The translations under genes were made by a program, and so were the position numbers. From the NCBI GenBank assembly GCA_021158435.1, contig JAGGUQ010000005.1, forward strand, positions 527 through 64,526: DNA of 64,000 nt, written 5' to 3'. Below the pieces are notes generated by a model that was not told where the DNA came from, did not search any database, and saw only the letters and a program-made list of their open reading frames with translations. Origin of the DNA: a bacterium. GTDB lineage: Bacteria; Patescibacteriota; Patescibacteriia; UBA2591; MWDC01. Position 1 is the stretch's first letter. The number at the start of each line of letters is the position of its first letter. This document shows, in pieces, positions 21,542 to 30,332 of the stretch.

Positions 21542-22555
21542 TTATTTTTTTACTTTTAAAAAAGCACCTCTTCTTTCTTTTTCTTTAAACCAGGTATTAA
21601 CAAGAATAAAAATAAGTGTTGTTACTGGCACAGAAAGAATCATTCCCCATAAACCAGCAACCTTACCCCCAACAAGAAGAACTAAAATTGTAACTAATGG
21701 CTTTAAGCCAACGGATTTCTTCATTACATAAGGAGCAATAAAAGTATTTTCTAACTGCTGAATTACTAAATAAAGAACTCCAACTAAAATTCCTTTTAAG
21801 AAGGAATCTGCAAATCCAACAATAAGAGCTGGGATTGCTCCTAACCAAGGTCCTATCCAAGGAATAATTTCTGTTAAAGCAGCAATTAACGCTAAAATTA
21901 AAGCAAACCTAACTCCCAAAATAGTCAAGCCAATATACGATAAAATTCCGATAGTTAAAGATAAAATTAACATCCCTCTACCCCAAGCGCCAATTTTTTC
22001 TTGACTGGCAGCTAAAAAATTTTCAACAAAATGATGATATTCTTTAGGGACAATTGAAAGCAACAAATTTCTTACTTCTCTTTTCTCTACAGAAATATAA
22101 AAAGCAAGAACAAAAATCATAAAAATACTAAAAATCTGACCTGTCAAAGTTGAGAAAAAACTATAAATACTCCCTGTTCTACCACTAAACCAATCTCCAA
22201 AAGGCAACCCTTGGGGAGATTTTTGGAAAAAATTAACTAAAGAACGAACAAAATCTGGCAAATTATACAAAAACAATCTGCTTTCACTCTTGATAATTGG
22301 AAGAGCAATTAGAATCAATCCAATAACAATAGAAAGTACTATTAAGTAAATAATTAAGCTCCCTAGCCAACGGGGAATTTTCTTTTTCTCAAACCAATCT
22401 ACAGCTGGAGACATAACTGTTGCCAAAAGCAAAGCAACAACAAACATTAAAATTATGTCTCTCAAAAAATAAACAATCAAAATACCTAAAACTAAAAGGG
22501 CTATTTTTAAAATAGAAAGAAAATCAATTTTAATTAATTTTGTTTCTTCTGCCAT
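21542..22555 (-). CDS. AI-2E family transporter (PerM/UPF0118) membrane protein
   Basis: 337 aa, ~8 TM helices with architecture typical of AI-2E family. Confidence 0.5.
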   Translation of the reverse strand: MAEETKLIKIDFLSILKIALLVLGILIVYFLRDIILMFVVALLLATVMSPAVDWFEKKKIPRWLGSLIIYLIVLSIVIGLILIALPIIKSESRLFLYNLPDFVRSLVNFFQKSPQGLPFGDWFSGRTGSIYSFFSTLTGQIFSIFMIFVLAFYISVEKREVRNLLLSIVPKEYHHFVENFLAASQEKIGAWGRGMLILSLTIGILSYIGLTILGVRFALILALIAALTEIIPWIGPWLGAIPALIVGFADSFLKGILVGVLYLVIQQLENTFIAPYVMKKSVGLKPLVTILVLLVGGKVAGLWGMILSVPVTTLIFILVNTWFKEKERRGAFLKVKK

Positions 22556-22576
22556 AAGATTTTATTTAAAATTAAA

Positions 22577-23848
22577 CTAAAATATATTCTTAAAAACTTT
22601 CCCTTTAAAGGGTCCAATTAAAGACAGGGCTAAATTGTCTGGCCTAAATAATTCTTTAGCTACCTCTTGAATCTGTTCAGGGGTAACTTTTTTAATTTTT
22701 TCTATCTTCTCCAAAGGAGTTAAAATCTTTTTAGAAAACATCGCCTCTCTTGCAAAAAACGAAGCAAGAAAATCACTGTTCTCCATTTGTATCTTTGTTC
22801 TGCCTTCATAAAACGTTTTTGCTCTTTGTATTTCTTCTTTTGTTATCAATTCTTTTTTTACTCTAAAAAATTCCTCTAAAATAACCTTAACTGCTTCTTT
22901 GACCTTAGCTTTATCTACACCTGCCCAAACAGCAAAACTACCTGTATCCTCGTAAATATTTATATCCATTCTTACAAAATAAGCTAAACCTTTTTCTACC
23001 CTTACTTTCAAAAACAAACGAGAACTCATATATCCCCCCAAAATAACCGCAAGTAAAGATAAGGGATAATTTCTTTCATCATTATAAGGATAACTAATAC
23101 CCCCTAAAGCTATTTGCACTTGATCAACTTCTTTAACTACCTTTTTCATCTTAAAACAAGGACGTTTTTTTGTGAAACTAATAAATCCCTTTTCTTTTCT
23201 TGTTATCTTTTTCCTTGGGAAAAAATACTTTTTAATTAATTCTTCTGAATTAGGTTGAATGTTCCCTGCCAAAACAATTACAATTTTGTCTGGTTGATAA
23301 AAATTATTTTTAAATTCAAGTAATTTTTTTAAACTCAATTTTTTTATATCCCCTATTTCACCACTAATCATCTTCCCTAAGGAATGACTGCCATAAAGTG
23401 TTTGTTCAAAAACATCATCTATATAAAAAAGAGGATTTTCTTTATACATTTTTATTTCTTCAATAATTACATCCTTTTCCTTCAAAAAATCTTCTTTCCT
23501 ACACAAAGAATCAAAAAACATATCTGAAAGAATATCCAAAGCTTTTTCCTGGTTTTTTTTAATTGTTTTAATATGATAAGCTGTTCTATCTTTGGCTGTA
23601 TAAGCATTGTATTCTGCTCCTAAACAATCTAACTCTCTAGTCAAAGCTAATGTATCTGGACGTTTTTTCGTTCCTTTAAATAATAAATGTTCAATAAAAT
23701 GAGAAACCCCCCTTAAGTTATCTGATTCATAGCGAGACCCAACAGGAACTGCTACCAAAACTGTTAAACTAGGAACATTCTTACGGGGAACTAAAATTAA
23801 ACGTGGTCCATTAGGAATTTTCTTTTCTAAAAAAATTCTTTGATTCAT
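22577..23848 (-). CDS. M16-family (pitrilysin-like) zinc peptidase
   Basis: 423 aa; inverted zinc motif HFIEHLLFKGT (HxxEH) near N-terminus. Confidence 0.8.
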   Translation of the reverse strand: MNQRIFLEKKIPNGPRLILVPRKNVPSLTVLVAVPVGSRYESDNLRGVSHFIEHLLFKGTKKRPDTLALTRELDCLGAEYNAYTAKDRTAYHIKTIKKNQEKALDILSDMFFDSLCRKEDFLKEKDVIIEEIKMYKENPLFYIDDVFEQTLYGSHSLGKMISGEIGDIKKLSLKKLLEFKNNFYQPDKIVIVLAGNIQPNSEELIKKYFFPRKKITRKEKGFISFTKKRPCFKMKKVVKEVDQVQIALGGISYPYNDERNYPLSLLAVILGGYMSSRLFLKVRVEKGLAYFVRMDINIYEDTGSFAVWAGVDKAKVKEAVKVILEEFFRVKKELITKEEIQRAKTFYEGRTKIQMENSDFLASFFAREAMFSKKILTPLEKIEKIKKVTPEQIQEVAKELFRPDNLALSLIGPFKGKVFKNIF

Positions 23849-23948
23849 AATAATGCTTGTTTTTTACATAATACCACACCCTTTAAAAAAGTCTATACTC
23901 CCTTTTAAAATTGCTAAAATCCCTAAAAAATACTATAATTTAAAGGGA

Positions 23949-24000
23949 TTCCGGAGAAAGAGATTCCGGAGTCTACCTCCGGGATGTCCAGGATGTAGAG
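23949..24000. repeat. REP-like GC-rich palindromic array, locus B
   Basis: ttccggagaaagagattccggagtctacctccgggatgtccaggatg; shares the 15-nt core ggagtctacctccgg with locus C. Confidence 0.8.
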
Positions 24001-24039
24001 TGGTTCACATGTTTTTAATTTAATAAAACTCCTAAAAAT

Positions 24040-25071
24040 ATGCTTATCTTGGGAATTGAAACAAGTTGTGACGAAACCTCCTTAGCTTTAATTAAAACAA
24101 ACAAGGATAAAATCAAGACAATAAAACACATTACCTATTCCCAAATCAAAATCCACCAACCTTTTGGCGGAGTAGTTCCTGAATTAGCAGCTAGAGCCCA
24201 TCTTGAAAAAATTATTCCTTTAACACAAAAAATTATTAAAAGGAAAGACCTTAAAAAAATAAACTTAATTGCTGTAACCAAAGGTCCAGGATTAATGCCA
24301 TCCCTACTTGTTGGTGTAGAATTAGCTAAAACTCTCAGCTATCTTGAAAAAATCCCTATTTTAGGGATTAATCACTTAGAGGGCCATATATTTAGTATTA
24401 AAAATATCCAAAAAATTAAATATCCTGCCCTAAGTTTAATTGTTTCTGGCGGACACACTTTACTTGTTTTAATCCAAAAACCTTTTAGGTATACTCAAAT
24501 TGGCTCAACCCTTGATGATGCTGCTGGAGAATGCTTTGATAAAGCAGCACAATTTTTAAATCTTGGCTATCCAGGAGGTCCAATTATTTCAAAAATAGCT
24601 ACAAAATGGAGAAATGCACATAAAAATAAAAAGCCAAGCATTTACCTCCCTAGACCAATGCTTTCTAAAAATGATTTTAATTTCAGTTTTTCTGGTTTAA
24701 AAACTGCTCTAATTTATAAGCTAAGAAAAGAAAAATTTCCCTTAGAAGAAGTTTGTGCTGAAATAGAACAAGCAATTGTTGATGTTTTAGTTCAAAAAAC
24801 AATGAAAGCAGTTAGAAGCTATAATGTTAAATCCCTTTTATTAGTTGGTGGAGTAGCAGCTAATGAATTTCTTCGCGAATCTCTCAAAAAACAAGCAAAA
24901 AAATCAAAAGTTAATTTTTTTGTCCCTAGGAAAAAATTAGCTACTGATAATGCAGTAATGATTGCCCTGGCTGGATATGCCCGCTGGCAAACCTTAAGTC
25001 AAGAACAAAAACAAAAAGCAAAAAAGTATTCCCTAAAAATCCAGCCTGACCCTTCACTCAGTTTAAAATAA
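24040..25071 (+). CDS. tsaD: tRNA N6-adenosine threonylcarbamoyltransferase TsaD (Kae1/Gcp)
   Basis: 343 aa; GIETSCDETS N-terminus, LSLIVSGGHTLL, conserved metal-binding His pair. Confidence 0.9.
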   Translation: MLILGIETSCDETSLALIKTNKDKIKTIKHITYSQIKIHQPFGGVVPELAARAHLEKIIPLTQKIIKRKDLKKINLIAVTKGPGLMPSLLVGVELAKTLSYLEKIPILGINHLEGHIFSIKNIQKIKYPALSLIVSGGHTLLVLIQKPFRYTQIGSTLDDAAGECFDKAAQFLNLGYPGGPIISKIATKWRNAHKNKKPSIYLPRPMLSKNDFNFSFSGLKTALIYKLRKEKFPLEEVCAEIEQAIVDVLVQKTMKAVRSYNVKSLLLVGGVAANEFLRESLKKQAKKSKVNFFVPRKKLATDNAVMIALAGYARWQTLSQEQKQKAKKYSLKIQPDPSLSLK

Positions 25072-25093
25072 ATAAATTCTATAACTATTACTA

Positions 25094-25152
25094 GGACTTT
25101 CCTGGAGACTTTCCCGGAGTCTACCTCCGGAGACTGCCTCCGGGAATGGGAT
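25094..25152. repeat. REP-like GC-rich palindromic array, locus C
   Basis: cctggagactttcccggagtctacctccggagactgcctccgggaatggg. Confidence 0.8.
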
Positions 25153-25188
25153 TTGCCTTAAATTTTAGAACTTAATTAAATAAATTCT

Positions 25189-25626
25189 ATGAATATTATT
25201 ACTAAAAGTCCTGAACAAACAAAAAAAATTGCTGAAAACTTTGCCAAAAAACTAAAAGGCGGAGAAATTATTGGACTTACTGGACCCTTAGGTAGTGGGA
25301 AAACTGTTTTTGTTCAAGGATTAGCTAAAGGACTAAAAATTAAAGAAAAAATTACTAGCCCTTCATTTGTTTTAATGAAATTCTATAAAACAAATAAAAA
25401 AGCTGTAAAACAGCTTATTCACTTAGATGCCTGGCGATTAAATTCTCCTCAAGATTTAGAACAATTAGGAATCACCGAACTTTTAACTGAAGACAATGTA
25501 ATTGTAATTGAATGGATAGAAAAAGTAGAAAAATTTTTCAAAAATAAATCTTTAATAATTATCAAATTTACCTTAGGTCAGCAGGAAAAAACTAGAAAAA
25601 TCAGTATAAAAAACAAAAAAGTATAA
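25189..25626 (+). CDS. tsaE: tRNA threonylcarbamoyladenosine biosynthesis ATPase TsaE (YjeE)
   Basis: 145 aa; GLTGPLGSGKTVFVQGLAKGL P-loop typical of TsaE; adjacent to tsaD. Confidence 0.8.
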   Translation: MNIITKSPEQTKKIAENFAKKLKGGEIIGLTGPLGSGKTVFVQGLAKGLKIKEKITSPSFVLMKFYKTNKKAVKQLIHLDAWRLNSPQDLEQLGITELLTEDNVIVIEWIEKVEKFFKNKSLIIIKFTLGQQEKTRKISIKNKKV

Positions 25627-25631
25627 AAACT

Positions 25632-26894
25632 TTAGAGGAAAAATTCTTCTATTTCCATTAATCTATTATATTTGGCTACCCTTTCACCTCTATTCGGTGC
25701 TCCTGCCTTTATAAAAGGAGCATTACTAGCCACTGCTAAATCTGAAATAAAAGTGTCATTAGTTTCTCCTGAGCGATGAGAAATAACAAACTTCCAATTA
25801 GCAGAACGAGCAGTATTTATACAATCAACTGTTTCAGAAAGTGTCCCTGCTTGGTTTGGCTTGATTAAAATAGCATTTGCTGATTTCAATTCAATAGCTT
25901 TTTTTAAACGCTCAACATTAGTTGTTAAAAGGTCATCACCAACAATAAGGACATTTGGGTCTAAAACTTGGACTTGAGCAGTAAGCTTTGCCCAGTAATC
26001 CCAATCATCTTCATCAAAAGGATCCTCAATAATAAGAAGGGGATATTTTTTTATATAATTCTTGTAAAGGTTCAACATCCACTCTGATTTTCTTTTCTTA
26101 CCTTCAAAATTATAGATTTTCTTTTCAGAAGAATAAAAATGGCTAGCTGCCACATCAAAACCAAAAAAGACTTCTTCTCCCAAGGAATGTTTTGTGTAAT
26201 TAGCTATTTGACTAAAAATATCCAAAACCCTTTTTGTTGAACCAAGTTTTGGAGCAAAACCCCCCTCATCACCACAAGCAAAACTATAACCTGTTTTAGA
26301 TAAAACATCTCTTAAAGCATAAAATACCTCAGCGCCAACTCTAACTTTTTCTTTAAAGGAAAGATCTGCTTTAGGAATAATCATAAATTCCTGGATACTC
26401 AAACCAGAATCTGAATGCTTACCTCCATTAATTACATTAAAAAGAGGGGTTGGCAAAGAATAATCCTGAATTTCTGGCCAAAAAGTATTTCTTAAATACT
26501 CAAACAATGGCACTCTTAAAGACAAAGAAGCAGCTCGGGCAATTCCTAAAGAAACAGCTAAAATACTGTTTGCTCCTAAATTGCTTTTTTGAGGGGTCCC
26601 ATCTAACTGACAAAGCAAATCATCTATCTGACGCTGAGCAGTCACTTCTTTACCCCTTAAAGCTGGAGCTATTTTTTCTTTTATATTACTAACTGCTTTT
26701 TTTACTCCCTTTCCTAAAAAACGGTTAGGATCATTGTCCCTTAATTCTCGAGCTTCATATTTTCCAATACTTGCTCCTGCTGGAGCTGAACCAGTTGCCC
26801 AAATACCTGTTTCTAAAATTATAATTGCTTCAACAGTAGGATTGCCCCGTGAATCTAATATTTCCCGGGCTAAAATATCCTTTATTTTTGCCAT
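25632..26894 (-). CDS. eno: enolase (phosphopyruvate hydratase)
   Basis: 420 aa; MAKIKDILAREILDSRGNPTVEA N-terminus, conserved enolase signature blocks. Confidence 0.95.
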   Translation of the reverse strand: MAKIKDILAREILDSRGNPTVEAIIILETGIWATGSAPAGASIGKYEARELRDNDPNRFLGKGVKKAVSNIKEKIAPALRGKEVTAQRQIDDLLCQLDGTPQKSNLGANSILAVSLGIARAASLSLRVPLFEYLRNTFWPEIQDYSLPTPLFNVINGGKHSDSGLSIQEFMIIPKADLSFKEKVRVGAEVFYALRDVLSKTGYSFACGDEGGFAPKLGSTKRVLDIFSQIANYTKHSLGEEVFFGFDVAASHFYSSEKKIYNFEGKKRKSEWMLNLYKNYIKKYPLLIIEDPFDEDDWDYWAKLTAQVQVLDPNVLIVGDDLLTTNVERLKKAIELKSANAILIKPNQAGTLSETVDCINTARSANWKFVISHRSGETNDTFISDLAVASNAPFIKAGAPNRGERVAKYNRLMEIEEFFL

Positions 26895-26910
26895 AAAAAA
26901 TTAATTAAAA

Positions 26911-27180
26911 TTATTCTTCCCCCTCTTCTACTTTATATACTTTATCACCTTCTTTTACTGGTTCATCCACTTTTAAGCCTATTGCTTCTCCTTTTTTTGC
27001 CTCATCAATGCTTTCATGCTCTATTTGCATTGAAGTAACTTTTTGAGTAAAATCTCTTGCTCCCTTACCGCCAACAATATGTATTGTCTCCCCTTTTCTA
27101 AGATTATCGCTCAATTCTACAACAGCCACATTAATTTTACTAAAATAATGAGTGATTTTACCTATTTCTTTCTCTGGCAT
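26911..27180 (-). CDS. small beta-barrel protein resembling EF-Tu domain 2
   Basis: 89 aa; GETIHIVGGKGARDFTQKVTSMQIEHESIDEAKKGEAIGLKV resembles translation-factor domain II pattern. Confidence 0.3.
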   Translation of the reverse strand: MPEKEIGKITHYFSKINVAVVELSDNLRKGETIHIVGGKGARDFTQKVTSMQIEHESIDEAKKGEAIGLKVDEPVKEGDKVYKVEEGEE

Positions 27181-27288
27181 ATTATTCTCTTAAAAAACAC
27201 TTAATATAATAAACCTATTTTAACCTTTAAGTACAAGTTCTTTTATTATAAAAAACTGAAGAAAAATGTAAACCTACAAAAATAATCT

Positions 27289-28731
27289 CTATTCTCCTTT
27301 TATAACTGCTAATGGCTTTAATTTAGCTACTTTCTTGGACAAACCAGCTTTATCCACAATCTCAACAACTTCATCAATATCTTTATAAGCCAAAGGAGCT
27401 TCTTCAGCTATGCCTTTTAAAGAATAACATCTTACTATTATTCCCTGTTTCTTTAACTTTTCAACAACCTCTCTCCCATTAATTTGCCGAAGGGCTGATT
27501 TTCTGGACATCCTCCTCCCTGCCCCATGACAAGTGGAAAAAAATGTCTCCTCAGCTGTTGACACTCCTTTTAAGATATAGGAATAAGAACCCATTGAACC
27601 AGGGATTAAAACAGGTTGACCAACTTCTCTATATTTCTCTGGAATATCTAAGGACCCTGGAGGGAAAGCACGGGTTGCCCCTTTCCGGTGAACTAAAAGT
27701 TTCACTTTTTTCCCATCAATTAAATGCTCTTCCAATTTAGCAATATTATGAGCAACATCATAAAGAAGTCTTAGCTCTCCGAAATTCCCAATAACCTTTT
27801 CCCAAGATTTTCTTACATAATGGGTGATCATTTGACGGTTAGCCCAAGCATAATTGCACGCAGCTGACATAGCTTTGAAGAATCTTTGCCCTTCTTCAGA
27901 TTTAAAAGGCACGCAAGCTAACTCTTTATCTGGCAATTTTATCTTGTATTTTTGGTAAGCTCTAACGGTTACTCCTAAGTAATCTGTACAATTCTGATGA
28001 CCCAAACCTCTTGATCCAGTGTGAATCATTATAGTTATTCTATCTTTGCTTAAACCAAAAACTCGAGCAGCCTGTTCATCATAAATTTCTTCAACTTTTT
28101 GAATTTCGCAAAAGTGGTTGCCAGAGCCAAGCGTACCTACCTGATCTCTACCCCTTTGTTTTGCTCTTTCAGAAACACATGAAGCAGACGCCTGTTCCAT
28201 TCTCCCTTGATGTTCACAATTTGCTATATCTTCCTCAAAACCATACCCCTGAGAAACTAAATAATAAGCTCCTCCTTGTAAAATCTTGTCAATTTGCTGA
28301 ATGCTTAACTTAACACTCCTTCCCCTTCCTAAACCAGAAGGTATTTGTTCTTGAATTTCTTTAGAAAGTTTTTCTAAATAAGGCCTTATTTCTTTTTCTG
28401 TCTTTTCTGAAATTAAAAGGCGGCAACCACAATTTTCATCATAACCAACAAAACCCGGTGAAATAACTCCCTGATTAACTTCTATTGCTCCAACTCCTCC
28501 AATTGGAGGGCCATATCCTGAATGAATATCCGGCATTGCTAAAGCATACTTTTGAATACCCAATAATGTTGTTGTGTTAACCAATTGCTCCAGCGATTCA
28601 TCCCTTAATATGTCATCTAACATCTTTTCAGAAGCATAAAAGCGGGCAGGGACCCTCATATCATTACGAAATGATTTGGGGATCTCATAAACAAATGGTT
28701 TGATTTTCTTAATATGTTTCCTTTCTATCAT
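27289..28731 (-). CDS. rtcB: RNA ligase RtcB (3'-phosphate/5'-hydroxyl RNA ligase)
   Basis: 480 aa; MRVPARFYASE, MPDIHSGYGPPIGGV, GSGNHFCEIQ, HNIAKLEEH motifs of RtcB. Confidence 0.9.
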   Translation of the reverse strand: MIERKHIKKIKPFVYEIPKSFRNDMRVPARFYASEKMLDDILRDESLEQLVNTTTLLGIQKYALAMPDIHSGYGPPIGGVGAIEVNQGVISPGFVGYDENCGCRLLISEKTEKEIRPYLEKLSKEIQEQIPSGLGRGRSVKLSIQQIDKILQGGAYYLVSQGYGFEEDIANCEHQGRMEQASASCVSERAKQRGRDQVGTLGSGNHFCEIQKVEEIYDEQAARVFGLSKDRITIMIHTGSRGLGHQNCTDYLGVTVRAYQKYKIKLPDKELACVPFKSEEGQRFFKAMSAACNYAWANRQMITHYVRKSWEKVIGNFGELRLLYDVAHNIAKLEEHLIDGKKVKLLVHRKGATRAFPPGSLDIPEKYREVGQPVLIPGSMGSYSYILKGVSTAEETFFSTCHGAGRRMSRKSALRQINGREVVEKLKKQGIIVRCYSLKGIAEEAPLAYKDIDEVVEIVDKAGLSKKVAKLKPLAVIKGE

Positions 28732-29129
28732 ATGTCAAACAAAACTTCAGCTTTCCATAAATCTCCTTGTTTCTCTATTTTTAGATCATGCCAGGTCGCT
28801 CCTTTTATTTCTAAGCCAAAACCTTTGACTTTATAGCCCTTTAAAACACAAACTAACTGGTTTTCTTTTAAAACCTCAAATTGTGATTCACAATAAACCT
28901 CGTTATACAAATCGGACAAAGACAAAATTTCATTTAAGAAATCAATCAACAAGAAATCTATGCTTTCTGCTTTTTTTTCAATTTTTCTTTCAACTTTTTC
29001 TTGTTCAACTATTTTAGGACGGGAACTGTCAGCAATTGCCTTTACAAAACCGGAAAACAACTCTTTTAAATCCTTGCCTGATGCTTGAATTTTTAAATCA
29101 GCTAAGTGTTCTAAAACTTCATAACTCAT
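28728..29129 (-). CDS. archease (RtcB cofactor)
   Basis: 133 aa; MSYEVLEHLADLKIQASGKDLKELF matches archease N-terminal signature; 4-nt overlap with rtcB. Confidence 0.75.
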   Translation of the reverse strand: MSYEVLEHLADLKIQASGKDLKELFSGFVKAIADSSRPKIVEQEKVERKIEKKAESIDFLLIDFLNEILSLSDLYNEVYCESQFEVLKENQLVCVLKGYKVKGFGLEIKGATWHDLKIEKQGDLWKAEVLFDI

Positions 29130-29692
29130 ACTTGATTCATATTTATTTCTAACTGATTATACTCTTTGTAATCAGGCAATTCCTCTACACTTTTTATCCC
29201 TAAATGCCTAAGAAATTTCGGACTAACAATATAACGAGGTGGTTCTCCTTTTTTTAAAATTAAATCCCTTCGTAAAAGATGCCCTAAAATAATTTGAGAA
29301 TTAACACCTCTAATAAAAGAAATCTCTTCTTCTGTTATTGGTCCTTTATAAGCAATAATAGTTAAAGCTTCTAAAGCAGCAGGAGTAAGCTCTTCTTTAA
29401 TAACACCTGACAAAAACCTTTTTATAATTGGGAAATTCTTTGGATCAGTTCCTAATTCTATATATTCTCCGCTTCTTATTAAGCGAATTCCTGAATCTCT
29501 TTCGTCCAAATCTTTGGCTAACTCATCTATTTTTTTTAGCACTTTCTCTTTAGAGACTTCCAGAATACGAGCTATTTTCCCTACTGATAAAGGCTTTAAA
29601 GAAACAAAAAGTAAGCTTTCTATTTTATTCTTTAAATTATTTTTTTCTGACATAAATAGGAGCAAATAATTTCTTTTGTTCAACAGAAACAA
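29126..29692 (-). CDS. scpB: segregation and condensation protein B (ScpB)
   Basis: ESLLFVSLKPLSVGKIARILEVSKEKV..IDEL tandem wHTH pattern; true start probably internal Met (~29653) giving small overlap with scpA. Confidence 0.75.
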   Translation of the reverse strand: MFLLNKRNYLLLFMSEKNNLKNKIESLLFVSLKPLSVGKIARILEVSKEKVLKKIDELAKDLDERDSGIRLIRSGEYIELGTDPKNFPIIKRFLSGVIKEELTPAALEALTIIAYKGPITEEEISFIRGVNSQIILGHLLRRDLILKKGEPPRYIVSPKFLRHLGIKSVEELPDYKEYNQLEINMNQV

Positions 29693-30329
29693 TTTGACGC
29701 TTATTTAATTCTAAAACAGCTAAAAATAGAACAATAGCTTCATCTTTTGGCTTTTTTTCAAAGAAGTTATTTAAAATCAACAAAGAATTTTTTGTCAAAG
29801 CATTTAGAATTTCTTTTATTTTCTTTTCTAAAGATATTACCCTTACCTTTAAACGAAAAGCTCTTTTTTCTTGATTAGCCTTAAAAACAAAAAACAATCT
29901 TTCTATTTCCTCTTTTAACTTCGAGGAAGATATATCTAAAGGAAAATCTATTTCTGTAAAAAGTTTTTCAGAAAAACCTGTTCTTCTCAAAGAATAAGTA
30001 TTTGTTTTGTTTAAGCTAAGAATATGCTCTCTTGCTTGCCGATAAGCCTGATAAATCTGAAGTTGTTTAACTAAATCAGCCCCTTCTTCATCTTCTGATT
30101 GAATAAATTCTGGCAACAAAATTCTAGATTTTAAATAAAGTAATTTAGCAGCAATAACTAAAAAATCAGCTAATTCCTCAAGAGGAATGCTCTGGTTCTG
30201 AATATAAGATAAGAATTCACTAGTAACCTTAGCCAAAGAAACTTCACTAATATCTAATTCCTGTTTTTCAATTAATTGGCTAAGCAAATCTAATGGTCCT
30301 TCAAATTTTTCTATCTTTATTTTATACAT
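29637..30329 (-). CDS. scpA: segregation and condensation protein A (ScpA, kleisin)
   Basis: 230 aa; FEGPLDLLSQLIEKQELDISEVSLAKVTSEFLSYI N-terminal ScpA signature. Confidence 0.8.
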   Translation of the reverse strand: MYKIKIEKFEGPLDLLSQLIEKQELDISEVSLAKVTSEFLSYIQNQSIPLEELADFLVIAAKLLYLKSRILLPEFIQSEDEEGADLVKQLQIYQAYRQAREHILSLNKTNTYSLRRTGFSEKLFTEIDFPLDISSSKLKEEIERLFFVFKANQEKRAFRLKVRVISLEKKIKEILNALTKNSLLILNNFFEKKPKDEAIVLFLAVLELNKRQIVSVEQKKLFAPIYVRKK

Positions 30330-30332
30330 AAA

